Positions 1 to 8,214 of a stretch of 52,656 nt of DNA are shown piece by piece; position 1 is the stretch's first letter; every line of letters starts with the position of its first letter. Made by a program: the position numbers and the translations under genes. The notes under the pieces were generated by a model. It saw only the letters and a program-made list of their open reading frames with translations, ran no database searches and was not told the origin of the DNA. This DNA comes from a virus (Duplodnaviria > Caudoviricetes), in the IMG/VR virus record IMGVR_UViG_3300031801_000001, positions 1 through 52,656 of that record; one strand, 5' to 3'.

Positions 1-128
1 GAATCCTGAAAAAAATCTCTGGGCGTTTTTCTGACATGTTCTATATTTTCAAAAATTTCTCATCCATCGATAACGCTGATCTAGTCACCGTTACCGCCAA
101 TATCCCCATAGGGACATACATTCCGGCA

Positions 129-152
129 CTACCCCCCTACCCCCCCCTACCC
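129..152. repeat. C-tract repeat (CTA-C6-TA-C8-TA-C3); G-quadruplex-capable on the minus strand
   Basis: ctacccccctaccccccccctaccc-type run directly after the last ORF. Confidence 0.6.
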
Positions 153-427
153 TATGTTTTGATTTTTGATACTAGCTTGAGGTTAGCCAAAGATTGATAA
201 TTATGCGCTTGCTTGTTGGCATCATCGCTTAGCCAAACGACTTCAACAACCCTGTGTTTATTATCCGAGCCCTCCCTCGCTGCGAGGGAGGGCTCGACGA
301 AGCCGTCCCTCGCCTGGAGCCGATATGGATTACCATAGCCAATCACGAAGCCGAGAAAGTTGTCTTGACCTAGCCAGGATACTAGATCTCCTACTTGAAT
401 CATTGGTTGAATCATTGGTTGAATCAT
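152..427 (-). CDS. Small SH3/KOW-like protein with palindromic insert
   Basis: IQVGDLVSW...LGFVIG...VEVVWL family pattern; N-terminal MIQP repeat. Confidence 0.65.
   Translation of the reverse strand: MIQPMIQPMIQVGDLVSWLGQDNFLGFVIGYGNPYRLQARDGFVEPSLAAREGSDNKHRVVEVVWLSDDANKQAHNYQSLANLKLVSKIKT
266..296. repeat. Perfect 15-bp inverted repeat with 1-nt spacer inside a CDS
   Basis: CGAGCCCTCCCTCGC-T-GCGAGGGAGGGCTCG. Confidence 0.9.
395..427. repeat. 12-bp tandem repeat, about 2.75 copies, giving three alternative ATGs
   Basis: (TTGAATCATTGG)2 TTGAATCAT = MIQP MIQP MIQ on the minus strand. Confidence 0.9.
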
Positions 428-430
428 GTT

Positions 431-616
431 CTACCTATTGCCTTTGCTTACTATACTGAGGGGGTTTACTTTTGGATCCCACTCTTTGGCTATGCCATGT
501 CCTGCCCAATTGATGCTTATAAGTTTATATTTTTCATTACCCTCGGTCGCAATTACCAAGCCAAAGTAGGTTCCAGACAAATTAGTATAGCTTATTAGAT
601 CTCCTACCTCAATCAT
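431..616 (-). CDS. Small SH3/KOW-like protein
   Basis: MIEVGDLI...FGLVI...INW. Confidence 0.65.
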   Translation of the reverse strand: MIEVGDLISYTNLSGTYFGLVIATEGNEKYKLISINWAGHGIAKEWDPKVNPLSIVSKGNR

Positions 617-619
617 GGT

Positions 620-850
620 TTATCTACTACCTTTGCTTAATATCTTAATGCGTGTTAGGTTTACTGGAAAGCTTTTATTGAAGAATTTTCGGCTTTGTGG
701 ATCAACCCAATGAATTTTCATTCTTTTGTTTTCGTGGTAGCCCTCAAATCCTACCACCAACGCCATGTAGGTTGCTCGCTTAGCGGGTTCAAGTTGAGCA
801 GCAAAGGCGGGGCTCCACTCAATAAGATCCCCTAACTCAATCTCAATCAT
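620..850 (-). CDS. Small SH3/KOW-like protein (start reassigned to MIEIELGDL)
   Basis: ELGDLIEW...ALVVG...KIHW; start overlaps the end of the upstream gene. Confidence 0.65.
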   Translation of the reverse strand: MIEIELGDLIEWSPAFAAQLEPAKRATYMALVVGFEGYHENKRMKIHWVDPQSRKFFNKSFPVNLTRIKILSKGSR

Positions 851-1130
851 TTTCACCCTCGTTGAGTTCAACAATGTTCTCAAGTAGGCATGTTGAAGGC
901 AAAGATTCATCGCCAAGGGGCATCCACTGAATATGATAAGCTAACGCGCCGACGCGGCGGGCGAGGGGTCCGCATGGGGCGCGGTGCGGCGCACGACGTA
1001 GCAAGCTCGGTCGCTCCCCGGGCGCCCACGGTCTAACCTTAACAACCAATCCAAGATAACCCTCAAGTGGATCATCCTCAAGAATGGGATCAGCCCACTT
1101 AATCAAATCTCCTACCTTGATGGCTTTCAT
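843..1130 (-). CDS. Small SH3/KOW-like protein with GC-rich loop insert
   Basis: IKVGDLIKW...LGLVVKV-[insert]-YHIQW. Confidence 0.65.
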   Translation of the reverse strand: MKAIKVGDLIKWADPILEDDPLEGYLGLVVKVRPWAPGERPSLLRRAPHRAPCGPLARRVGALAYHIQWMPLGDESLPSTCLLENIVELNEGEND

Positions 1131-1163
1131 TTTTGTAATTCACCTACCCAGATCTTAATGATT

Positions 1164-1370
1164 TTAGCTCTCGGAGACGATATCAATATGGAGGTGGCTG
1201 TAAAAGAGTGGAGGGCGAGTATCCCCCGCCCAGGCAACCTGAAGCGCGGCGGGGGCGGGTGGAGCGGCGGAGCCGCGCCGGGGCTGCACAGCGACAATCA
1301 GCCCCAACTTATTAAAGCCGGGATCGTTCTCGTGCAACATAATACCAACCACCAGATCTCCAACCTTCAC
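1164..1370 (-). CDS. Small SH3/KOW-like protein with GC-rich loop insert (GTG start)
   Basis: VKVGDLVV...LGLIVAV-[PRRGSAAPPAPAA]-LQVAW. Confidence 0.6.
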   Translation of the reverse strand: MKVGDLVVGIMLHENDPGFNKLGLIVAVQPRRGSAAPPAPAALQVAWAGDTRPPLFYSHLHIDIVSES

Positions 1371-1371
1371 G

Positions 1372-1467
1372 TTAGCGCCCTCGGCGGCGGTGGGGGGATG
1401 GCGGCTCAGTACCTCGGAGATAAAGTCCAAAACCAGCGGCAATCAACAAACTCAATCCAATTTCCAT
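1372..1467 (-). CDS. 31-aa hydrophobic mini-protein (not in ORF track)
   Basis: MEIGLSLLIAAGFGLYLRGTEPPSPHRRRGR*; its stop abuts the next start. Confidence 0.35.
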   Translation of the reverse strand: MEIGLSLLIAAGFGLYLRGTEPPSPHRRRGR

Positions 1468-1558
1468 TACGCAACCTTATGCAAGTAGAATGCCAACAAT
1501 GGCGAGAATCAATCCCCCAATGGAGATCAACAAAAATAGTTCAAGGATATGGTTTTAA

Positions 1559-1783
1559 TTAGGCTCGCTCAAGATCCTTCAAGTCAACCGATGGAATCCA
1601 AGGACTTCCTTGGGTCCATTGAACAATCGCCCACGGGCGGCGGCAGGCGGGCGGCGGCAGGAGCACATGGGTCGGGGTCAAGGCGGGGAGAATTTCAACA
1701 ATTAGCCCACAATTTTTATACTCTCCCTCTCCACCGCTATATCCCTTGATGCGGACAAGTTCTCCGGGTTTGAAGCTAGGCAC
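1559..1783 (-). CDS. Small SH3/KOW-like protein with GC-rich loop insert
   Basis: FKPGELVRI...CGLIVEI-[insert]-AIVQW. Confidence 0.6.
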   Translation of the reverse strand: MPSFKPGELVRIKGYSGGEGEYKNCGLIVEILPALTPTHVLLPPPACRRPWAIVQWTQGSPWIPSVDLKDLERA

Positions 1784-2009
1784 GCTCAAGATACCTTGAC
1801 CTAACATAGTTAGGATTTTCTAGTTCTGGGGTCCAGTTCCACTCAACCACGGCATAAGCTTCTCGGTCAACGCCGGGTCCACCATGCTGCGGACGATCCT
1901 TGTCGTATGGATAGAACTCCAAAACCAACCCATCGTAAGAATAGCGAAAGGGGAGATCCCCAATCGAGCGTACAATCTGCACCTTATCACCAGGCTTAAA
2001 TTCCGTCAT
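1776..2009 (-). CDS. Small SH3/KOW-like protein
   Basis: FKPGDKVQI...DGLVLE...AVVEW; ends LERA like its neighbour. Confidence 0.65.
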   Translation of the reverse strand: MTEFKPGDKVQIVRSIGDLPFRYSYDGLVLEFYPYDKDRPQHGGPGVDREAYAVVEWNWTPELENPNYVRSRYLERA

Positions 2010-3286
2010 TAACTCTTATCCTCGATTGAAATAACCCGCTCGTTAGTCTGGAAATAAGGGTTGCGAGCATATTGCGCCGTCGTCATCCACATACGCTGCG
2101 CACGGCTCTTGATCGGCTTCGGAGCGCACATATCAGTCAAAATGATATGCCCGTCAAAGTCACGCTCGTTAACGTACTTAGTAGGAGGATCGAAGTCCGT
2201 CCCGCCGTACCGCACACGCTCCCAGGGGCGGGTTTCGCCCTTTTTCCAAACATACACGCTTTCGGTAGCCACTTCGGAATCAAATGGGATAACCGTGAAT
2301 TCTGCGAGGGTGGAAAGCTTATTTAACTCCGTGAAGAAAGCCGCCAGCATTCCATCGTCCACAGAACCGGACTGATCGATGCTGATAGCAATCTTAGCCT
2401 GCCGGTTAACCTTGCGTCCAGGGTGAATGTACGGGAACCGCTTATTGAGTCTGCGCACCGTTGAGGACTTGCTAGCCCGCTGCGAGCATTTAATGAAGTA
2501 CCTCAAAACTTTCTTCCAATCCACACGGGGAGTTAGTCGATCCATGATCGCTTGCCGGGTGCTGGCAGTAATAGTGCCCCAAGAATTGGACTTCTGAGCC
2601 TCGCCAGCGGCTTTCTGGATGATATCCTTAATCCGCTCTTTGGCGATCTCGTTGGCGGCGGAGGCGGCGGGCGAACCGTCCCCGCCCCAATCGTCGTGGG
2701 AATCAAACTGGTCGGAAGGGCAAGTGCAAGTGCCCTCGCCCCCTTCGCCACCGTCACCGCCACTCTGGCAGTCGCCGTTACACTCGCCCTCGCCCTCGCC
2801 ACCCGGATTCTCGGGGAGGCGATCTAGATACCATTCCGCAGCCTCGAAGGGCGGAAGGTCCGCAAACGGTCCCTGACCGGGCATCAAACAGCCCTCGGGC
2901 AAATTGGAAAGGTGCGAGTTGATCGCCAAGTCGGTAGCATAATTCCACTTCTTATGATCAACGCCCTCGGGCTTGCGTCCGGTGACGTGATCGAAAACGA
3001 GGTGGTAAAACTCATGCTTAAGCACGTCAGCTTTCTGAAGATCCGTCATCTTTGCGAAGAAATCAGGATTGTAGAGCAATTCAAACTGAGCAGTCGTCGG
3101 ATTGACCCGAACGCCGGCAGTCGGAATGCCCTTATAGGGTGCCTTGTTGACACGCCGACTAATTGCGGCGAAAAACGGCTCATTCATGAGCAGGCGTGCA
3201 ACGTGCATATTGAGGTTAAATTCATCCTCGGGCGCTGTGGGCGCTTCGGAAGTCTCGGGGGCGGGCGTGGTTTCAATGTCTGACAT
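2009..3286 (-). CDS. DUF2201-type putative metallopeptidase with VWA-like domain (AAA ATPase partner)
   Basis: HEFYH (HExxH), WNYATDLAIN, IDQSGS MIDAS-like motif, GGTDF; start moved to MSDIET after AGGAAAGGA because the listed start lies inside the promoter. Confidence 0.85.
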   Translation of the reverse strand: MSDIETTPAPETSEAPTAPEDEFNLNMHVARLLMNEPFFAAISRRVNKAPYKGIPTAGVRVNPTTAQFELLYNPDFFAKMTDLQKADVLKHEFYHLVFDHVTGRKPEGVDHKKWNYATDLAINSHLSNLPEGCLMPGQGPFADLPPFEAAEWYLDRLPENPGGEGEGECNGDCQSGGDGGEGGEGTCTCPSDQFDSHDDWGGDGSPAASAANEIAKERIKDIIQKAAGEAQKSNSWGTITASTRQAIMDRLTPRVDWKKVLRYFIKCSQRASKSSTVRRLNKRFPYIHPGRKVNRQAKIAISIDQSGSVDDGMLAAFFTELNKLSTLAEFTVIPFDSEVATESVYVWKKGETRPWERVRYGGTDFDPPTKYVNERDFDGHIILTDMCAPKPIKSRAQRMWMTTAQYARNPYFQTNERVISIEDKS

Positions 3287-3308
3287 CGTGTTCCTTTCCT
3301 TCATACAT

Positions 3309-3337
3309 AATTTAAGTACGATCTCGGGGGTTGTCAA
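3309..3337 (-). promoter_or_regulatory. Sigma70-type early promoter
   Basis: TTGACA-N17-TAAATT. Confidence 0.8.
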
Positions 3338-3378
3338 CCCCTAAAATAATCTTTTTCTGCCCTCTGAGCGTTAAACGT

Positions 3379-3394
3379 TGGCACGGGGCTTGCA
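3379..3394 (+). promoter_or_regulatory. Sigma54 (RpoN) -24/-12 box
   Basis: TGGCACG-GGGC-TTGCA, full consensus, intergenic; a weaker opposing box TGGCATAAACCTTGAA lies at 3397-3412 (-). Confidence 0.6.
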
Positions 3395-3545
3395 AGTTCA
3401 AGGTTTATGCCAAATTCTATTATATCGCCTAAAAAAGCACAGAAAAAGCCCTCGCTTCGCTCGGGGTTAGTACCCTAAATATTCTATACAACTCCAATTT
3501 CCCACTTAACACCCATCATATACCATTCTGTCCCACTCACTCCCA

Positions 3546-3743
3546 TCAGATGACAATCAATTCATACTCATAAAAACTTACCTGATTCTCTTTAACAAGA
3601 ACATAATAAAAATCACTACCAGGAATTGTGTGTTTGATCCTTCTTATGACTAACCCTATTCTATTAGAGTGACAACCGTTCATATGTATAGATTTAATTC
3701 TTACAAGTGAACCGACCTTGATCTCTTTCTCTTTCTTCTCCAT
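3546..3743 (-). CDS. Small SH3/KOW-like protein
   Basis: EIKVGSLVRI...IGLVI...YYVLV. Confidence 0.65.
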   Translation of the reverse strand: MEKKEKEIKVGSLVRIKSIHMNGCHSNRIGLVIRRIKHTIPGSDFYYVLVKENQVSFYEYELIVI

Positions 3744-3860
3744 CAGATAACAGTCATTTACAATTCTGGAAACAATTGATATTCTATTATGTAAGACACT
3801 TACTCAACAGTCTACTCTTGCCAAGTCTCCTACTCTTATTTCTTTTGTTGTCTCGGGCAT
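3744..3860 (-). pseudogene. Degraded SH3/KOW-like paralog
   Basis: MPETTKEIRVGDLARVDC then in-frame TGA; same start context as the gene at 4046. Confidence 0.5.
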
Positions 3861-3863
3861 AAG

Positions 3864-4046
3864 TTAACTCAACAGTTCAACGCCACTCTTAGCATAAAAT
3901 TGTTTCACTCCAGAAGTAAGCAAAACATAAAATGTATTTTTAAACTCAATAGTTTCTAACACAAGTCCAATCTCTCCCGAGTATACATAAAGTTCAGTTA
4001 TTTTCACTAATGAACCAACTTTAATATCTTTTTGTGTCTCGGGCAT
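3864..4046 (-). CDS. Small SH3/KOW-like protein
   Basis: DIKVGSLVKI...IGLVLE. Confidence 0.65.
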   Translation of the reverse strand: MPETQKDIKVGSLVKITELYVYSGEIGLVLETIEFKNTFYVLLTSGVKQFYAKSGVELLS

Positions 4047-4049
4047 AAG

Positions 4050-4253
4050 TTAGCTCATAAACTCAAGTTCTTCGTTCTGAAACCATAGGCGCTCGTCATC
4101 AATCAAAACAATAAGTCCAGGGGGAGCAGCATCGCACCCAAATCCCATCACCAGTGCCAACGTGCCCACCCGATTCATATACTTAGTCACAGATGGTGAA
4201 TGTGTTATTTTCACAAGCGAACCAATCTTAATTTCTCTTTGTGTCTCGGACAC
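4050..4253 (-). CDS. Small SH3/KOW-like protein
   Basis: EIKIGSLVKI...LALVMG. Confidence 0.65.
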   Translation of the reverse strand: MSETQREIKIGSLVKITHSPSVTKYMNRVGTLALVMGFGCDAAPPGLIVLIDDERLWFQNEELEFMS

Positions 4254-4462
4254 TATCGTTTCACTAGAGGGAAGAATTTAAGTCCACTAAGAGCAGTGCT
4301 GTGGTTGTATTTATTATAAGTATTTCTCCACCGTTCACTACCGGGTGAGGTCCACAATACACTAATCTCATCAGAGTCAACACTCAAAATCAAACCCCAA
4401 GCATAGGTGTGTGCAGTATATTCAGAACGCAGCAAATCACCAATCTTATAATGCCTCATCAC
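4253..4462 (-). CDS. Small SH3/KOW-like protein
   Basis: YKIGDLLR...WGLILSV...ISVLW. Confidence 0.65.
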   Translation of the reverse strand: MMRHYKIGDLLRSEYTAHTYAWGLILSVDSDEISVLWTSPGSERWRNTYNKYNHSTALSGLKFFPLVKR

Positions 4463-4734
4463 TAATCAATTGCGTAAGAACAATCCGCTCCATACAGAAA
4501 GAAAATACTCTGTTCAAATTCAATGTCTCCATCGTTATCATATAGCTCGACAGTGAATCCATTGAGTCTAAAAACAACCACGGAGTTAGGCTCAACTGGA
4601 AACACAAAGTATCCGTTTTGAGACTCGCATACAATTTCTCCAGCTTCACGAAGATGGAATCCACCTTCAAGGAAGCTACAACCGCTTGTCAACAAAACAA
4701 GTATTGCCGCCGTTGCTGCAATAAACTTTCTCAT
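4462..4734 (-). CDS. Putative lipoprotein
   Basis: Signal peptide with lipobox LTSG-C; AGGAG RBS. Confidence 0.65.
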   Translation of the reverse strand: MRKFIAATAAILVLLTSGCSFLEGGFHLREAGEIVCESQNGYFVFPVEPNSVVVFRLNGFTVELYDNDGDIEFEQSIFFLYGADCSYAID

Positions 4735-5059
4735 ATCTTCTCTCCTATTGAAACTTAAACAATAACTCGATCACAATGTTTGTTTGCCAATAATCTTTAG
4801 TGTCATTCTTCTTGATTGTATAATACTCTTTGCGAGATATCTACACTAAATATCGCAAGCCTTTACAAACCTAGAGACATCGAAGCGGGGATTACTCCCC
4901 TGGAAACAAGATGCAAAAGCGAGTGCAACATCCCTGCGAGTGCAGTCTTTAGGGAGGACGGCGATCAGATTTGCGATAGTGATAAAATGTGTTCTAGTCA
5001 GCTTCATTTTCTTCTCTTCTCTCTCAAATTAAAAGGGGAATCGGAGGTAACCATCTGTC

Positions 5060-5728
5060 CTAAACACCCTTGACGATCTTAAGCTGCCGCTCCTCGACGG
5101 TAACCATTTTAGTTCCGCCGAACGGTAGCACCTTATACTTCTTTGCGCCCTTCGCCGCACTTGTAACGGGAGAAGCATCAGACTGAATCACGATCCCTCG
5201 CCAGCCAGCTACAAAGAAAGTTTTGAGTCCAGGCGAGCGTGCGGGAACCCGTAGCTCGACAACCGCACCATCCTTGAAAAGAGGCGGACCGTGGACGCCA
5301 GCTAGCACCTTGGCGGCGTACTTGTTGCCGCACATAGCCTTGTAAGCCTTCTCAGTCGGCACAAAGTCAGGATCCGTCAGGACACGATCTGCGAGATCGG
5401 AGAAATATGGAGGATTTGCCTTGTAAAACGAAGCGCAGATCTTAGCGATTTTACGCTCGGGATCACCATAGCTCGCCTTCCAAGTCGCTGAAGAGGCGAG
5501 GGCAGCAGCAGAAAACTTTTGCTCATTCTTGACGAAGATATCAAATTGGCGCTGAGTCAAACCGCCATATTTATTGAATCCCTCAAGAATCGAAGTAGAG
5601 AAATTGCGAGTCCAATCGTCAACGTGAGGATTGTCCCTCAGCGCCTCAATACGAGCCTTGAGGGCGTCGCTCTTAAGGTGCGCAGACTTCTCAACCGGCG
5701 TGCGACGACGGTAACCGTAATAACTCAT
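5060..5728 (-). CDS. Hypothetical protein with C-terminal SH3-like domain; paralog of 27656-28435
   Basis: Shared IAxICAxxY and KKYKVLPFGxTKM motifs; start MSYYG via TAATG coupling. Confidence 0.75.
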   Translation of the reverse strand: MSYYGYRRRTPVEKSAHLKSDALKARIEALRDNPHVDDWTRNFSTSILEGFNKYGGLTQRQFDIFVKNEQKFSAAALASSATWKASYGDPERKIAKICASFYKANPPYFSDLADRVLTDPDFVPTEKAYKAMCGNKYAAKVLAGVHGPPLFKDGAVVELRVPARSPGLKTFFVAGWRGIVIQSDASPVTSAAKGAKKYKVLPFGGTKMVTVEERQLKIVKGV

Positions 5729-5892
5729 TAATTGTTGTCCTGAGCCGAAAGGCGACAAACATTCTTATTGAACTGACGCAACGAGCGGGAGAACGCCTTG
5801 CGGGCGTACTTGTAATCCACACCCGAACAATGGCGGCGTTCAATCTTTGCGATGTTAGCCTCGGAACGGGCTTTGGCGAGTTTGCTATCCAT
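5728..5892 (-). CDS. 54-aa basic protein (not in ORF track)
   Basis: MDSKLAKARSEANIAKIERR...QDNN*; follows a promoter and GGAGG; TAATG-coupled to the next gene. Confidence 0.6.
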   Translation of the reverse strand: MDSKLAKARSEANIAKIERRHCSGVDYKYARKAFSRSLRQFNKNVCRLSAQDNN

Positions 5893-5918
5893 AACTGATC
5901 ATTCCTCCCTGTACCTAT

Positions 5919-5947
5919 AATATAAGTACGATCACGGTCAAGGTCAA
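5919..5947 (-). promoter_or_regulatory. Sigma70-type early promoter
   Basis: TTGACC-N17-TATATT. Confidence 0.75.
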
Positions 5948-5963
5948 CCCCTAAAAATGATTA

Positions 5964-6197
5964 TTATTCAATCTTGATCAAATGGTTTTCAATTTCATAA
6001 TTGATCGAGCCACCTTGCCAAAGAATATTAAATCCCCGGCGGTTGTCGTAGTCGGCGCGGCAAACGATGATCAAGCCGATTCCCTTAGTTTTCATAAATT
6101 TCACCACACGCTCAGCGTCATTATCAAAGACAATGTTGAGCGCATCGGCATCGTAAACGACGGTATCGCCAACGTTGATCGTGCTACTCTCCCTCAC
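5964..6197 (-). CDS. Small SH3/KOW-like protein, probably leaderless
   Basis: INVGDTVVY...IGLIIV...NILW. Confidence 0.65.
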   Translation of the reverse strand: MRESSTINVGDTVVYDADALNIVFDNDAERVVKFMKTKGIGLIIVCRADYDNRRGFNILWQGGSINYEIENHLIKIE

Positions 6198-6203
6198 GCA
6201 TAT

Positions 6204-6231
6204 AATTTAAGTACGATCTTGAGAAAGTCAA
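6204..6231 (-). promoter_or_regulatory. Sigma70-type early promoter
   Basis: TTGACT-N16-TAAATT. Confidence 0.75.
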
Positions 6232-6251
6232 GGGGTTAAATTGAATTCTTT

Positions 6252-6488
6252 TTAGATCTCGACAAGAAAATCTGTGTACTCCCAATAAATCTTTCCGTTC
6301 CAAAGAACTTCAACCCAATTATTAGTGAGCCCAGGGCGAGGAGGGCGAGGGCGAGGGCGAGGAAGGCGAGGGAGAGGGAACCGGAGGCGCTGGCGTCGGA
6401 CCGGCTCCGTCAAAACCAATCCACAACCAAACTCTTTCGTGTCGTCTTCAAAGCATTTAGGATTGAATTCAACCAGATTACCAATCAC
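6252..6488 (-). CDS. SH3-like variable-insert paralog A
   Basis: FGCGLVLTEP-[26-aa Pro/Arg loop]-NNWVEVLW. Confidence 0.7.
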   Translation of the reverse strand: MIGNLVEFNPKCFEDDTKEFGCGLVLTEPVRRQRLRFPLPRLPRPRPRPPRPGLTNNWVEVLWNGKIYWEYTDFLVEI

Positions 6489-6790
6489 GAAACAACCTCA
6501 AGATTACAGCACCACTCCAAAGTTTCAACTCCGATCTGCCACAGGACTTTTATGCTACGACAGGAAAGTCTTATCTCGTGGCGGGGTCCGTCCCTAACAA
6601 ACCTTTCAACGTTCCGAAGATCATCGAACATCCAAAGTCGAGGCTCAGAAAGTGCCAAGCCATGTTGGGGAAGCAAAACGGTCGAATAAATTACAGTATC
6701 ACCGTACCTATAGGGATGGAGAAATTCAAGACTCTTTGCACGTTTCGACCACGTTACCAAATTACCGGGTTGCATGATTATTTCCCTCAA
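6485..6790 (-). CDS. SH3/KOW-like protein related to paralogs A-D
   Basis: PGNLVTW...GLALSEP...IKVLW. Confidence 0.6.
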   Translation of the reverse strand: MREIIMQPGNLVTWSKRAKSLEFLHPYRYGDTVIYSTVLLPQHGLALSEPRLWMFDDLRNVERFVRDGPRHEIRLSCRSIKVLWQIGVETLEWCCNLEVVS

Positions 6791-6842
6791 AGAAAGGTGG
6801 GGCGAGGGGAAATGAGGGAGGGAGTTTAAATCCCCCCGCCCC
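6790..6842 (-). terminator. Probable intrinsic terminator after the AAA ATPase
   Basis: GGGGCGGGGGGA...TCCCCTCGCCCC stem followed by ACCTTTCTTT on the minus strand. Confidence 0.5.
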
Positions 6843-6850
6843 GTTTAATT

Positions 6851-7942
6851 CTACTCCTTCTCGGTGTCGGTATCGTCGCCCTGGAGCATTGTGACCATGT
6901 ACTCCCCGACAACCGTACCATCGGCAGCAGTCGCCTTGTGGAGTGCGATCACGTTCTCCTGATTGCCGCAGTTACCAACCACCGTCCAAAGCTTCATGGC
7001 GACCTCTGAGGGCAGCGTCACGAAATAGCTGGCGAGGTTAGTCACCTGATCAGAGGAAAGCACCTCTCCGAAGCAACCGTGAGCCTCAAGCTTATCGACC
7101 ATCGCCGTGTGCTGATTGATCTCAAAGTCGGCAGTCTTGGCGAGATCGCCGTGATCGAGGATATCCTCTACCGTCACCTGACGCTCATACTCACGCACAA
7201 AGTCATTAAAAGCGATGGCACCCTCAAACCCAACAAACGAAGCCGCAAGCTGGTAAAGAGTCTCACCGGACTCTTCAAGCAAGTTAGCCGGGGCGGCGCA
7301 CTTATTGAAGCGGTCCCAAGAACGGCGGGAGGGGTAAACCTTATTTGGCTCAAACTCGCCCGCGTGCTCAAGGTGCTGGCGGTTCTGGTTAATGAAATCC
7401 CAGATCACACCGTCAACCTTGTTCTTAGCCCAATCCAGCCAATCTTCAACGGACGGCTCAACATCGAAAACCGCATAGCGGTCCAACTCTGCCGGATCCA
7501 TCTCGGACACCTGATACTGGGCTCCGTGCTCACCGCCGTTGATTGCGGCAAAGATCAGAGTACCAGGGTGTACTTCATTGCCGGCGATCTTGCGAGAGTC
7601 GCACAACTCAAAAATGCCCTGGCGAACCTCCGTGGTCGCACGGTCAACCTCGTCCAAGAAAAGGACAACGGGGGACTCGCACGCTTCGGCAAACCAATCG
7701 GGGCTGTTCCAGCTAGTCCGATTGCCATCGGTGGACGGCAAACCCAAGAGATCGCCCTCAGTCATTTGCGACGCTCGGCGCTCGACGACGGGCAGCCCGA
7801 TCTGATTAGCGAAAGCGTAGACAACGGCGGATTTACCGATGCCGTGGCGTCCACGGATCAGAACCGGGAAAACCGCTTCGTCGTCAGTGTTAGTGACCAG
7901 AGGCACGATTGCGTGAAAAGTCTTAAAGTCAATAGCTGCCAT
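6851..7942 (-). CDS. MoxR-like/AAA_5 AAA+ ATPase
   Basis: Walker A GRHGIGKS, Walker B VLFLDEVDRA, sensor AAIN, MDPAELDR, PSRRSW. Confidence 0.9.
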   Translation of the reverse strand: MAAIDFKTFHAIVPLVTNTDDEAVFPVLIRGRHGIGKSAVVYAFANQIGLPVVERRASQMTEGDLLGLPSTDGNRTSWNSPDWFAEACESPVVLFLDEVDRATTEVRQGIFELCDSRKIAGNEVHPGTLIFAAINGGEHGAQYQVSEMDPAELDRYAVFDVEPSVEDWLDWAKNKVDGVIWDFINQNRQHLEHAGEFEPNKVYPSRRSWDRFNKCAAPANLLEESGETLYQLAASFVGFEGAIAFNDFVREYERQVTVEDILDHGDLAKTADFEINQHTAMVDKLEAHGCFGEVLSSDQVTNLASYFVTLPSEVAMKLWTVVGNCGNQENVIALHKATAADGTVVGEYMVTMLQGDDTDTEKE

Positions 7943-7970
7943 GTTTTCTCTCTCTCCCTGTTACCTATAT

Positions 7971-7999
7971 AATTTAAGGACGATTTGAGGGTTTGTCAA
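7971..7999 (-). promoter_or_regulatory. Sigma70-type early promoter
   Basis: TTGACA-N17-TAAATT; core identical to the copies at 9380 and 10376. Confidence 0.85.
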
Positions 8000-8013
8000 C
8001 CCCCTAAATCAAT

Positions 8014-8121
8014 TTAATTTGTACCCTCAAGGGCATCCACAAGCTGCGCTACAAACAAGTTAAGATTAGGAGCCAAGGCAACCCAACCAAGAATCAGAAC
8101 AGCAGCGACATGAAGCATCAT
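8014..8121 (-). CDS. 35-aa hydrophobic mini-protein (not in ORF track)
   Basis: MMLHVAAVLILGWVALAPNLNLFVAQLVDALEGTN*; fills the gap between two promoters. Confidence 0.45.
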   Translation of the reverse strand: MMLHVAAVLILGWVALAPNLNLFVAQLVDALEGTN

Positions 8122-8166
8122 TTATCATCCAAGTTTGGAGAAGTTCATTCTCCCCCCCGTACATAT

Positions 8167-8195
8167 AATTTAAGTACGATCCGGGGGTAAGTCAA
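8167..8195 (-). promoter_or_regulatory. Sigma70-type early promoter
   Basis: TTGACT-N17-TAAATT. Confidence 0.8.
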
Positions 8196-8214
8196 CCCCC
8201 AAACTGAAAATAGT

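Noticed and set aside
7079-7972. 297-aa plus-strand ORF
   Set aside because: Antisense shadow of the AAA ATPase with no recognisable motifs.
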